A DNA stretch of 64,000 nucleotides from Octopus sinensis (lineage: Eukaryota). The DNA lies in assembly GCF_006345805.1 (NCBI RefSeq), contig NC_043002.1, positions 59,458,001 through 59,522,000 of the forward strand, read 5' to 3'. Each line of letters opens with the position of its first letter. The first letter of the stretch is position 1. The notes beneath the pieces are model-generated. The model did not search any database. It had not been told where the DNA came from and saw only the letters and a list, made by a program, of their open reading frames with translations. Positions 52,921 through 64,000 of the stretch are shown here, piece after piece. Position numbers and translations under genes: made by a program.

Positions 52921-52934
52921 TGTTATTATTATTA

Positions 52935-52979
<45 letters not shown>

Positions 52980-52989
52980 CATTATTATT

Positions 52990-53543
52990 GAGTGAGCGAG
53001 CAGAGCATGCCATCAAAGTGACACTGGGGTAAAATATACGAAGCCCAGTATACCCATCATGACTACCCGTCTGATAAGGGTACACCAGGCACATGCATCA
53101 CAACCATATGTGCGCGACATGGTGATCTCATATCAAGATAAACAGCACATGACCTTGCAGGTGGGGCCCAGTTAGAATTTTCTTCAGGTTGAGTAGCCCA
53201 TCCCGCTCAAACGGTCCCTGAATAAGGGTTGCTTAAGGATGTTGAAAGAACCACCCATGTTTCCAGAGGTGAACTATTCAAACCCCAAAGAATCCCTCTC
53301 AACACATGGCCATGATGCTCCCCCACTACTTCTGCTCGTGATCAGAGATGCAGATATCGTCAGCCACTAAGGGACATGCTCAACTGGTTAAGGTCAAACA
53401 ACTGACAAGCAAATCTGTGGTATTGAGCAGAATATTTGCTGTAGCCCATCTTTTATACCAAGACAAAACAATGTACATGATAACACTTCCAATCAGTTAA
53501 GATCAGAAGCCATGAGAGCCACTGCCTGGTACTGCATCAGGGC

Positions 53544-53547
<4 letters not shown>
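52990..53547 (-). mobile_element. Family D element, second copy, in (ATT)n
   Basis: Reverse complement of 32055-32617, with (ATT)n on both sides. Confidence 0.85.
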
Positions 53548-53586
<39 letters not shown>

Positions 53587-56330
53587 GTAATTTTTGATTT
53601 TAATCTGCATGTTTGTTATAGTCACTTGGCGAGTGAAGGATAAGAGATGTTACAGTATGACTGAAAGCTTGGGGAAGTGAAGCAGCCAAATATCTTCGTG
53701 TAATACAGCACTGACATTTAAATGGGTAGGGCTTTTCTAAGGATGATGGCAGTACTTGTCAGCACAGTCTTTTGGATTTCTCTGAGACATGGTTCTCCTG
53801 GATCTAATCTAGATATTTCTGACATCTCTTTTGTTGTCATAACTAGGTATGATAACTTACAATAATAGGAACAGTTCTCTTTTTTAAGGTGGCACATCTT
53901 TTGTATTTCAATTTCCAGGTCCTTATATTTAATTAATTTGTCAAATTCCTTGACAAATATTTTTTATCAGTGGGAACACTTATATCTGTTAGTGTACAAA
54001 TATTTTCTTCCCTGTCTTTAATAATTATGTGTGGTCGATTAGCCTGGATCGTTCTGTCACTATTGACTGGAAAACCCCTGAGGATAGTGGATTTTTTCCC
54101 TTCAACGATTGGTGCAGGATGATGTACATATCAGTAAGCAGGAATACTGCTTTTGTAGTGTTTACATATTTTCCAATGTAAATACTATCCTACCTTATCG
54201 TGGATATTTTTATATTCGTTTGGTGTCAGTACACGACATCCCGAGACGACATGGTCTACTGTTTCATCAAATTTATCGCAGAATCTGCATTTAGGGTCAG
54301 AATCGCTTTGAAGAATGTTAACTTGGTAGTTTTTTGTGAGCAAGCTTTGGTCTTGTGCCGCTAATAAGAAACCTTCAGGCTCTACTTTCAGTCCTGAACT
54401 TCTCAGTCACTGATAGGTTGTTGCTTGATCTACATCAGCGTTTTAACTTCAAAGTATATACTATCAATGCACAGGCTTCTAACTCCATCGCTACTCAATT
54501 TGTTTCTGCCCGTTCTCTTTTGCAGTCTGCTCTTTTTTGCTTATTTTGTGGTTGTAGTTTCAGATTCTTCAACTACAATAGGATAAATGCCAAGTTCCCT
54601 TGCGAATTTACAAACTTCCTTGACAATCGAACGTGACTTTTCGTGTTTGCACACACGTCGCTGCGTCCAGACCTGTTTACATGACAAGTGCTTATTCATT
54701 GCTATTGTTGAGGTCTTGTAGCACTGTTCTACCTGCATAATTCCCCCATTACTTCTAAGTAGGTACTGATGATCAACATCTGCTTTTGGGTGGTGCATGT
54801 TCTTCGAAATTAGTATTTTTCTTGTCTTCTTGTCCTGGTGTTGGAGCTCTGTAAGATTCCAGTTAATGATGTTAAAACTATATTGGATTACTGAAAGTGC
54901 CATGGTGTTAATGGCTTCGATGCGATTTTTAGAATTGAGTTCAGTTTTTAGTATGAGTCTTATTATCTTGTAATATTCTTTTCTTATTTTTTCCTTCATA
55001 ATAGCATTTGTATACCATCTCCTTTGTTTATCTCCATCTAATTGCAATTTTCTTGTGGTTTAAGTTCCTTGATAGTAGTATCGGTGTCTAATTTCATGGA
55101 AAGTGTGTCTGAGATTGCCTCTTACAGAAGTTACTTTAGCACACTTATCAAGTCCAAATTCCATCCCGGTATCGTTGCTAAATTCTTTTAGCAGCTCTAT
55201 TAGCTCTTCGTCGTTTCTAGCAAACAGTTTCAGATCGTCCATATAAAACAGATTGTTTATTGTCATATTGTAAACTTAGAACCCATACCTGGTGTTAATT
55301 AGTTCGTTTGAGTGGGATCAGTGCCATACAAAAGAGTAATGGTGAGAGGGAGTCACCTCGAAAGATGGCTGGTTTGATGTTGATGTTAGTTTGGCTCATT
55401 CCATTACTATTGTTTAGAAGGAGACGTGTGTTGCACTTGGCTATGCTACCTTGTACGAATTAGGAGATGACAGAAGAGATCTTGTATATCTCAAGGGGCT
55501 TGTGTAACCAATTATGTGGGACACTATCAAACGCTTTCCTGTAATCTAGTCATGCCATACTCACGTTCTATTTGCTAAAGCAATTCTCTCTACAATCATT
55601 TTATTTATGAGTAATTGATCATTGCACTTGTAAGAATTCCTTTTACATCCTTTTTGAGCCTGTGGGAGGATAGGTCTCTGTTCAAGGAAAGCGTATATTC
55701 TGTCAGTTAATATCGATGCGAGGGTCGTGTAGGTGGCGTTGAGACACGTTACTGGTCGGTAGTTCTTTGGACATTGTGTCTTCAGTTTTTGGTAGAAGAT
55801 ATGTTGTTCCTTCAGGCAGTCAGGCTGGTATTTGCTCTGGGTTCTGGATGACATCAGTTAGAGATGCAGCTAAATTCTATTCCTATTGCCTTCCATTTCG
55901 GCGCTTCAACTTCAACCAGTCTCACTTTCTTACGCTTTATCCAGTGAATTTCAGCATTATATTCTTTTTTGTTGCTCCATATCTTCTTCCAGAACTCTTC
56001 AATTTCCTCAGTCTTAGGTGACTCCTTTTCTTCTATCTTATTTTTGCCAATTTCCCTATAACATTTCTTTGCATCTGTCTTGAATATCTTGTTTTGTCCA
56101 TAAAATTTGATTCTTTTGTCATCCCATCTAAATCGTTGGGCTTTCAGTTGTATTCTTTGTTTCAACAGATCCTTGGGTGCAGGGATGTTTATAAAATCTT
56201 TGGTTTTATATTTTTGCTTGATTTTTTTTAGCTCGTTTCTTCTTAATATTTACTCTTCTAGCAAATTCATCGAGAACCGATACATCCGCACGCAGAGATT
56301 CGATCTCTTTTTGTATTGCTACGTCCACTT
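53587..56330 (-). mobile_element. 5'-truncated, decayed R4/Dong-type LINE (RT + RLE), ~2.7 kb
   Basis: Minus-strand motifs NYRPVTCL, QKGCKRNS...DQLLINK, IFRGDSLSPLLFCMALIP, FYMDDLKLF (YMDD at 55234-55245), GMEFGLDKCAK, KTELNSKNRIEAIN, HHPKADVD and NRPHIIIKD...DISVP. Flanked on both sides by (ATT)n (53547-53586 and 56330-56418). Confidence 0.95.
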
Positions 56331-56349
56331 ATTATTGTTGTTGTTATTA

Positions 56350-56418
<69 letters not shown>

Positions 56419-56419
<1 letters not shown>

Positions 56420-56617
56420 GGCGGCGAGCTGGCAGAATCGTTAGCCGGGCCAAATGCTTAGCGGTATTTCGTCTGCTGCTACGTCCTGAGTTCAAATTCT
56501 GCCGGGGTCACCTTTGGTTTTATCCTTTCGGGGTCGATTAAATAAGTACCAGTAACGTACTGGGTTCGATGTAATCGACTTAATCCCTCCCCCAAATTTG
56601 AAGCCTTGTCCTTCCAG
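56419..56617 (+). mobile_element. SINE family B copy, full length
   Basis: ggcggcgagctggcagaatcgttag...gagttcaaattc...cctttcggggtcgat...tagaaaggat, between (ATT)n tracts. Confidence 0.9.
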
Positions 56618-56672
56618 TAGAAAGGATCATCACCACCACCACCATCATTATCATCATCATCATCCTCGTCGC

Positions 56673-56718
<46 letters not shown>

Positions 56719-56869
56719 TTATTATTATTATTATTATTATTATTATCATTATTATTATTACTATTAGTAGTAGTAGTAGAAGTAGTAGTATTACTATTAC
56801 TATTACTATTATTATTATTATCATCCTCATCATCATCATCAACTTCATTATTATTTTTTTTTATCACAT

Positions 56870-57210
56870 GTTTCTTTAGAGCTCCTGAAGCCTTACCTGC
56901 GTAGTGGGTATGCTACCTGCAACCTTCGGTACCATGACATCCGTTCTTTTCAGCTATCTAACACTCTCCTGATTGTTCTGGCTGTGCCAAGGGATTAAAT
57001 CTTTTGTAGTAGTTCGACTGGATATTCTATTCCAATTTCCTTTATATTTCTCTTGATGGCTTCTGATACCGTTCCCCAAAACCCAACAATAATTAGCACT
57101 ATATTCACATTCCTCCTTTTCCATAACCGGACTATTTTGTACCTAAGAGGGTTGTATTTATCTATATTTTCGCATTCCATCTCGACTGTTCGTGTCAATA
57201 AACACATCTA
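56870..57210 (-). mobile_element. 3' end of another R4/Dong-type RLE LINE
   Basis: DKYNPLRYKIVRLWK...IVLIIVGFWGTV...VELLQKI followed by LGTARTIRRVLDS*. An (AAT)n-rich tract lies downstream on the sense strand (56620-56860). Confidence 0.75.
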
Positions 57211-57999
57211 AGCCGCTCTTACTGTGACCTGTTCGTCGGGCTTTTGTAGTGTTAAATGAATGCTTCCTAGCGTTTACTTGGGTTGGAAATCTCATCTCAC
57301 CCGCGCCAAACCTTCTCGCTGTAGCGCTGTATGATTAAGTGCCCCAGACTGGTGAAAAACACTTCGAATCTAATGTTACATAACAACAGCAAGTTCAAAT
57401 GTCTTTTGCGTAGATAATTTGCAAGCATGAGCAGAATTTGCCGTTTGACTGAAATATTTCTTTCGCCCATCAACTACTAACAAGTATGGAAATGTAAAAT
57501 CTTTCCTTTCTAGAAATCGAAAGTTAACGAACATTGAATAATAGCTAACCTAACATCGTCAGATTATGCAGAAAACCTAACACAATCATCAATGCTGAGT
57601 GAGCGGAGACAAAAAGGATAGGAGAGCAGATGAAATCAATAATGTTGGTGTTGAGGATTTCATAAGAGAGATCAGATAAACAATATCACGCATTGAAAAC
57701 AAAATCAAACACATACGATAAAGCGACTATCAGGCTGCAATAGCAGCGGTTTATATAATAGCGAGGCTTCAAAGCGGCTTTCTCAAATACGTTCATATTC
57801 ATTCATATTCTCACCGTCGCCATTTTACATACATATAAAAGAGAAGCAACAAACAAGGTATGAGCAATGTAGAGAGTATTGGAATTAATAGAGGAAAGGT
57901 GTGTGTGTGTGTGTGTGTGATGTGCGATGTGTGGATGGTTGTTCAGCTATATAACTGTGTACTGTAATAAATTATAGTGGCAAACATAATGAAGTGGGA

Positions 58000-58070
58000 T
58001 AAACAGTGGAGTAAATGAAGAGGAAGGAGAGGAAGCGGAGGAGGAGGAGAAGAAGAAGAAGAAGAAAAAC

Positions 58071-58116
<46 letters not shown>

Positions 58117-58130
58117 AGAAGAAGAAGAAG

Positions 58131-58168
<38 letters not shown>

Positions 58169-58469
58169 AAACAAAAACAAGGAGAAGAAAGAAAAGCCAT
58201 TTAATTTAACGTTATGATAAATAGGATATAGACAAGAAATAATGACCCGAATTCGTAGAAGACATTCATAAAATCTGGTAATAATAATGATAATGCTACT
58301 GCTACTGCTGCTGCTGCTACTGCTAATAATAATAATAGTAATAATAACAATAATAATAATAATAATAATAATAACCAGAAAAAGAAAAAGATGAAGAATT
58401 CAAACATATTATGTTTATAATTATAATGTAGAACATGATAACAGTTGTGGCGACGGTGATGACGATGAC

Positions 58470-58540
<71 letters not shown>

Positions 58541-58634
58541 CGACAATGGTAATGCTGTTGCTGCTGTTGCTGATGATAGCGAGAGCTATGATGACGATGT
58601 TGATAACGACGACAGCGAGGACGACGACGACAAC

Positions 58635-58668
<34 letters not shown>

Positions 58669-59151
58669 TGGAGGAGAAGGTAGATTATGCGAATGACGAT
58701 GGCGATGAGGATAATAGCAATGAAACTACTGCTATTCCGACTTAAGCTAATATTAGCGCTGAAAAGAACCGAAGGAAAATAACCAAAAATAACCCAAAAA
58801 TAACCAAAAATAGTTATTAAAATAATAAACAAAAATAAGGAAAGATAATAATAACAACATTGATAACAAGAAACGCTCCACCACCGACCGCGCCATAAAC
58901 AACAGTAATATATATTAATAACGGGGAGAGAATGAGTTTCCCCAACATATTGTGTCGAATATATATTTGTTAAACAACATTTCGCCCCTCGCCGCCACAC
59001 GTCGTCAGCCATTTTACTGCTTTGAAGAAAAAAATAATGGCAAAACCTCAACCAATGTTGGAACAATGCAATCGCCTTCCACAGGATTTGCCATTATGGG
59101 CGTTTATCGGTAACGATGCTGCTGCTGCTGCTGCTACTACTACTACTACTG

Positions 59152-59218
<67 letters not shown>

Positions 59219-59547
59219 AACTAAGGCTGCTGTTCCTCCTTCTCCTCTTCCTCCTTCTCCTCTTCCTCCTCCTCCTCTTCCTCTCCCTCCTCCTCCTCCA
59301 ACCCCATCATACTCCTACAATCACTACTACTACTACCACTACTACTATTACCACTACTACAACTAAGGCTGCTGTTCCGCCTTCTCCTCCTCCTCCTCCT
59401 CCTCTCCTTTCTCTCCTCCTCCAACCCCCTCATACTCCTACAATCACTACTACTACTTCTACTCCAACCACTACTACTACTACAACTAAGGCTGCTGTTC
59501 CCCCTCCTCCACCTTTTCCTGTTCTTCTCCTCCTCCTACTCCACTCA

Positions 59548-59594
<47 letters not shown>

Positions 59595-59726
59595 TCACTA
59601 AAGCTGCTGCTGTTGTTCCCCTTCCTTCTCTTCCTCATTCTACTACTACTACTACTATACTACTACTACTACTATCACTAAAGCTGCTGCTGTTGTTCCC
59701 CTTCCTTCTCTTCCTCATTCTACTAT

Positions 59727-59774
<48 letters not shown>

Positions 59775-59815
59775 AACTTCTGCTGCTGCTGCTTCTGCTA
59801 CCCCTACTACTACTG
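58000..59815. repeat. Compound trinucleotide block ((AAG), (AAC), (GAT), (ACT), (CCT))n with higher-order units
   Basis: Mixed runs. In 59110-59815, composite units beginning ...actaaggctgctgttcc recur. Confidence 0.9.
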
Positions 59816-60051
59816 CTTGATAGCTAGTTAGCTAACAAAGGAAAATGGAGGTTGTAACTTCATTCGTAACCGATAACAATCTATTAAAGACAAGAAAGAA
59901 GAGCGATGGATACAGCGCATGAAGTATGTGGATATTGCTAACATGTCGGCCTAATGGTCAAGGCAGGAACGTCATTGATAAGAGGCCTGCTTTCCATGAG
60001 TACTGGCTAGTGTCTACGCAACAACAATACACAAGCAGAGCAGCAGCAACA

Positions 60052-60410
60052 GTGGAGGCACAATGGCCCACTGGTTAGGGCAGCGGACTTGCGGTCGGAG
60101 GATCGCTGTTTCGATTTCCAGACTGGGCGTGTGTGTGTTTATTGATCGAAAACACCTAAAGCTCCACGAGGCTCCGGCAGGGGGTGGTGGCGACTCCTGT
60201 TGTACTCTTTCGCCCCAACTTTCTCTCACTGTTTCTTGTCCCCGACTTCCTACGCAACCGCTGAGCCTGGATGCGTATTCATCCATCCGTCGATGCTCTC
60301 GGTGTCGGGGGTTGACCTGCTTTCTCTTCTGCGGGTATTACGATTAGCAAAGGACCTACGTTTCCGTCTTCTCCCACCTTGCGAGCTCTGGGACGAAGAC
60401 CGTTCGCTAA
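60052..60410 (+). mobile_element. SINE family C head and body with a third type of 3' region
   Basis: gaggcacaatggcccactggttagggcagcggacttgcggtc head. It diverges from the other copies after actttctctcact. Confidence 0.75.
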
Positions 60411-61086
60411 ACAGCAATAGCAACAACAACAGCAACAGCAGCAGCAACAGTAATAGTAGTGTTGTAGTCGTAGCAACAGCATCAGCAATAGTAGTAGTAG
60501 TAGTAGTGGTAGTAGCAGCAGTAGTAGTAGCAGTAGTAGTAATAGTAGTGGTAGTAGTAATAGCACAGCAGTTGTAGTAGTAGTTGTAATATTAGTGATA
60601 GTAATAGTAGTGATAGTAGTAACGGTAGTAGTAGTGGTAGTAGGTAGTAGTAGTAGTAGTAGTAGTAATAGTAGTGGTGGTAGTTGTAGTGGTGGTGGTG
60701 GTGGTCATAGTAGTGGGAGATGTATATGTAGTAGTAGTAATATTAATAGTAGTTAGTAGTGGTGATGGTAGTAGTAATAGTAATAGTAGTGGTGGTAGTA
60801 ACTGTGAGAAAAACAGTGACTTCTAAACTAAATTCTAAGACAAGTCTATAATCGATTAGACGAACCCTCCAACTAGTCCTTTTTTTTGTCTGACTCCTAA
60901 AGGATCAGGGAACAGATTGATTAAGAATTGGGAGACTAATTCGTGGTAGTTGTTCTCTCCCTCTCTCTCTGCTCTGAGTTCAAATCCTCCTGAAATCAAC
61001 TTTACCCTTCATCCACATCTTCGCAATAATCGTCATCATCATCATCATTTTCGCCAGCACCGTCATCATCATCGTCATTGTCGTCG

Positions 61087-61117
<31 letters not shown>

Positions 61118-61289
61118 AGTCGTCATCATTACCGTTGTCCTCGTCATAATCGTCGTCATCAACCTTCTCCCCTCCTCCTTCTCCTCCTCCTCCTCATCAT
61201 CATCATCGTCGACGTCGTCGTCATCATCATTGTCGTCATCCTCCTCATCGTCATCACCAGCACCATGGTCATCATTGTCATCATCGTCG

Positions 61290-61332
<43 letters not shown>

Positions 61333-61365
61333 CATCGTCATCCTCATCGTCATCATCGTCATTTT
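60410..61365. repeat. (AGT)n and (CAT/CGT)n compound microsatellites
   Basis: Runs at 60410-60800 and 61025-61365. Confidence 0.9.
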
Positions 61366-61377
61366 TATTTTATCCAT

Positions 61378-61655
61378 CCCTTTTGCCGGGCCGCTATGTT
61401 ACGGGGACGTAAACACACCAGCCTCGGTTGTCAAGCGATGTTGGGGACAAACAGAGACACTCAAACGTACATACACAGACACATACATATATACATATAT
61501 ACGACGGACTTACCTCAATTTCCGTCTACTAAATCCATTCACAAGGTTTTGGTCAGTGCGAGGCTATAGTAGAAGACACTTGCCCAAGATGCCACGCAGT
61601 GGGATTGAACCCAGAACTATGTGGTTGGTAATCAAGCTACTTACCCCACAGCCAA
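61378..61655 (-). mobile_element. SINE family A copy
   Basis: Reverse complement of the family A head and body (ggggacgtaaacacaccagc...gggattgaacccagaactatgtgg). Confidence 0.8.
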
Positions 61656-62492
61656 TCCTACGTCTTGCAATAATAAAATGTAATGTAGTACTAAAAAGAT
61701 ATCTTCGACAAAACACATTCTCAGTAAATGAGAAGGGGGAAGAAAATTAAAAGAGTAGAAGGAAGAGGAAGGGGAAAGGACTGTGCTGTATTAGTGATAA
61801 ATATTACAAGAACAGAGAGAGCGAAAACGATAAAGACATCATAAATAATGACAAGAGTATTTGACATGAATAACCATAAAATTATCGAGTAATATGTAAA
61901 AACCACACACGCATAGACAGACGCACACATACAGAGACGCACACACACACAGACACACACACAGACGCAGACGCACACACACATATTTGAAAACCAAGAG
62001 GCACAGCTACAAACATTATTAAAGCGACTAAGAGTGCAAACCCGAATTGCTAGAAATAAGAGTTAAAGCAACTTTTGATATCTCTAGCAATGTTGGTGCC
62101 GATTAGCACGCTAAGTCGCTTCAGAGGCGTTTCTTTTTCTTGTGACTTTTGGGTTTTTAATTGCGTCTAACCACGTGGATATTTTTTTAATTTTCCCCTT
62201 ACTATTTTACGGAATCAACAAGTAATTCTTCTTGTATGTTCTATAAACAGAAAAGGCGAGTTCATTTTAACTCTAGGCAGCTGAATATCATTCATGAGGA
62301 TTTATTAAACCCTCGCTCATTTGTCAGTAAATATATACATATATACCACTGTGATCACCGTGACCGACCAGGCTATCAGATGTTGGTACACATCGCTGGT
62401 CACAATGCACTTCGCATTATTTTAGCCTTCAAATTACGCCACCTCGCTGGCTAAGCGAACAGGCCAATATATATATATGTATATATATAATC

Positions 62493-62524
<32 letters not shown>

Positions 62525-62571
62525 ATATATAAATAAATGAAAGAATGGAGTTGAACGACGATTTAACAAAA

Positions 62572-62667
62572 TCCTTTATTCTCGACATATGTTTCGAAGA
62601 CTGCATATTCCTAATTTCGAAGGAATAAGGGGTGCATTATGCCGCCTTCTCATCAGGAAAGACAAGG
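62572..62667 (-). ncRNA. Intact type I hammerhead ribozyme (left arm, minus strand)
   Basis: Mirror of the right-arm ribozyme: CTGATGA at 62656-62650, GAAA at 62595-62592 and GTC at 62586-62584. Confidence 0.8.
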
Positions 62668-62710
62668 AACTTATGATGAACAAAAACTTTATCATGATGC
62701 TGACATAAGT

Positions 62711-62807
62711 TCCTTGTCTTTCCTGATGAGAAGGCGGCATAATGCACCCCTTATTCCTTCGAAATTAGGAATATGCAGTCTTCGAAACATATGTCGAGAA
62801 TAAAGGA
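62711..62807 (+). ncRNA. Intact type I hammerhead ribozyme (right arm)
   Basis: Stem I TCCTTGTCTTTC/GAGAATAAAGGA (4 bp + 3x3 loop + 5 bp). CTGATGA (62723-29). 54-nt stem II (GAAGGCGGCAT/ATGCAGTCTTC with inner ATTCCT/AGGAAT). GAAA (62784-87). Palindromic stem III ACATATGT. GTC with cleavage after 62795. Confidence 0.85.
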
Positions 62808-63104
62808 ATTTTGTTAAATCGTCGTTCAACTCCATTCTTTCATTTATTTGTATTAAAAAAAAACACACAAATTTCCACACGAAAGCACGTGATCTCGGCC
62901 CTTGGCATGTAGCTTCAACCGTGTTTTTCTGACGTGAATTTGCTACCCGGGTATCGGTTAACCGAATTATCCATACTAGGATAATTCATTCAACTACTTA
63001 TATATATATATATATATATATGTACATAAAACAACAGTAACTATACAGAGAACGACTCTTCATCACTTGTTGGCTAATTTTCTACTCTTGTATTTCGAGC
63101 ATTT

Positions 63105-63168
<64 letters not shown>

Positions 63169-63230
63169 GTATAGATGTTTGTACATATACGTATGTATTT
63201 ATGCATATATATATATATATATATATATAC

Positions 63231-63295
<65 letters not shown>

Positions 63296-63303
63296 CGAAA
63301 AGA

Positions 63304-63571
63304 ACTTGATTTAAATCTGCGTGAGAGATATACGGAAACAGTACCAAATATGTTTATATTGCAACAGAATGTGGCAGTCCTACAACGGACAATTTTGCGA
63401 ATGCTATACGGACAGAAAGTGTGTGTTGATAACCAGCCGGAAAAGATGTTTTCCTGGGGCTATGGCAACAGGAAAATCGTCAGTAGTAGGACTGCCATAT
63501 TCTGTTAGCATATAAACATTACTATTTGGTACTGTTCCTGTATATCTTTCACGCAGAGATTTAAAACAAGT
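63304..63571. mobile_element. Foldback/MITE-like element with ~100-bp imperfect arms
   Basis: Arms ~63304-63399 and ~63472-63571 (gatttaaatctgcgtga...cagaatgtggcagtccta / taggactgccatattctg...tcacgcagagatttaaa). A partial second copy lies at ~63705-63808. Confidence 0.65.
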
Positions 63572-64000
63572 CGTTTTTCTTTAAAGGAGATCAGTGGCTG
63601 TGCGTCGCTTAAAAAATATACAGCATTTGCGAGTAGAGAAAACCCGTGTCTGTGAGTATCACGGAAGACTAGAGAAGGGAGTGATGTCCTCCCTTGCGAG
63701 TGCTGTGTCGTTAGCCAGCTGGAAAAGATGTTTTCCTGGGTCTAGGGCAGGCAACAGTAACTTCGTCCTTTATAGGACTGCCACATTCTGTTGCCATATA
63801 AACATTACAACACACACATACACACATATATATATAAGAAATTAAAAAAGGAAAATACATATATAAAATATATAAATATATAAAGAATGAGAAGAGAGGG
63901 GGTAACTTTTATTTCAATCTTATTAATAATGTTTACGGTCAGTTACTCTGACATGGAGTTTCGAGATTCAAGTAGCCGTTTTCTAACTGAAAAATGTTTT

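Larger units (their letters stand above)
62531..62849. repeat. Inverted repeat (arms 62531-62675 and 62704-62849) of a hammerhead-bearing, Penelope-like terminus
   Basis: 145- and 146-nt arms identical except for a 1-nt indel, with a 28-nt spacer. The left end abuts (TA)n. Confidence 0.95.

Noticed and set aside
57550-57565. Other isolated CTGANGA matches (e.g. minus strand at ~524, 4525, 16575, 28337, 57558; plus strand at 7165, 50148)
   Set aside because: None has a correctly placed stem II, GAAA, stem III and UH together. A 7-mer match alone is expected by chance.

Overview
This is AT-rich, intron/intergenic-type animal DNA dominated by microsatellites and transposon debris. The repeat style suggests an octopus or other coleoid cephalopod (inference, no database check). 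Nearly all ORFs in the supplied track are artefacts of (TA)n, (CA)n, (TATG)n and trinucleotide repeats. Supportable content: (1) DNA transposons: a full-span decayed Chapaev3-like element (7.3-9.3 kb), a full-span DD37D/maT element (41.4-42.6 kb), a second maT remnant, a Helentron-type non-autonomous element and several foldback/MITE-like hairpins. (2) LINE fragments: five R4/Dong-type (RT + restriction-like endonuclease) pieces, all next to (AAT)n on their sense strand, and three RTE-type 3' ends. (3) Dozens of tRNA-derived SINE copies from at least four families. (4) Two or three candidate small coding exons of an unidentified minus-strand host gene near the window start. The most notable observation is a set of type I hammerhead ribozyme motifs of unrelated primary sequence. 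One is intact inside a 469-bp-period, highly structured, retrozyme-like unit (26.4-27.0 kb). Two are intact and form a 145-bp inverted repeat (62.5-62.85 kb). Several more are decayed, one of them in the tail of a tRNA-headed SINE. The clearest motifs share an unusually long stem II and a palindromic stem III. No CRISPR array, rRNA gene or bona fide tRNA gene was found.
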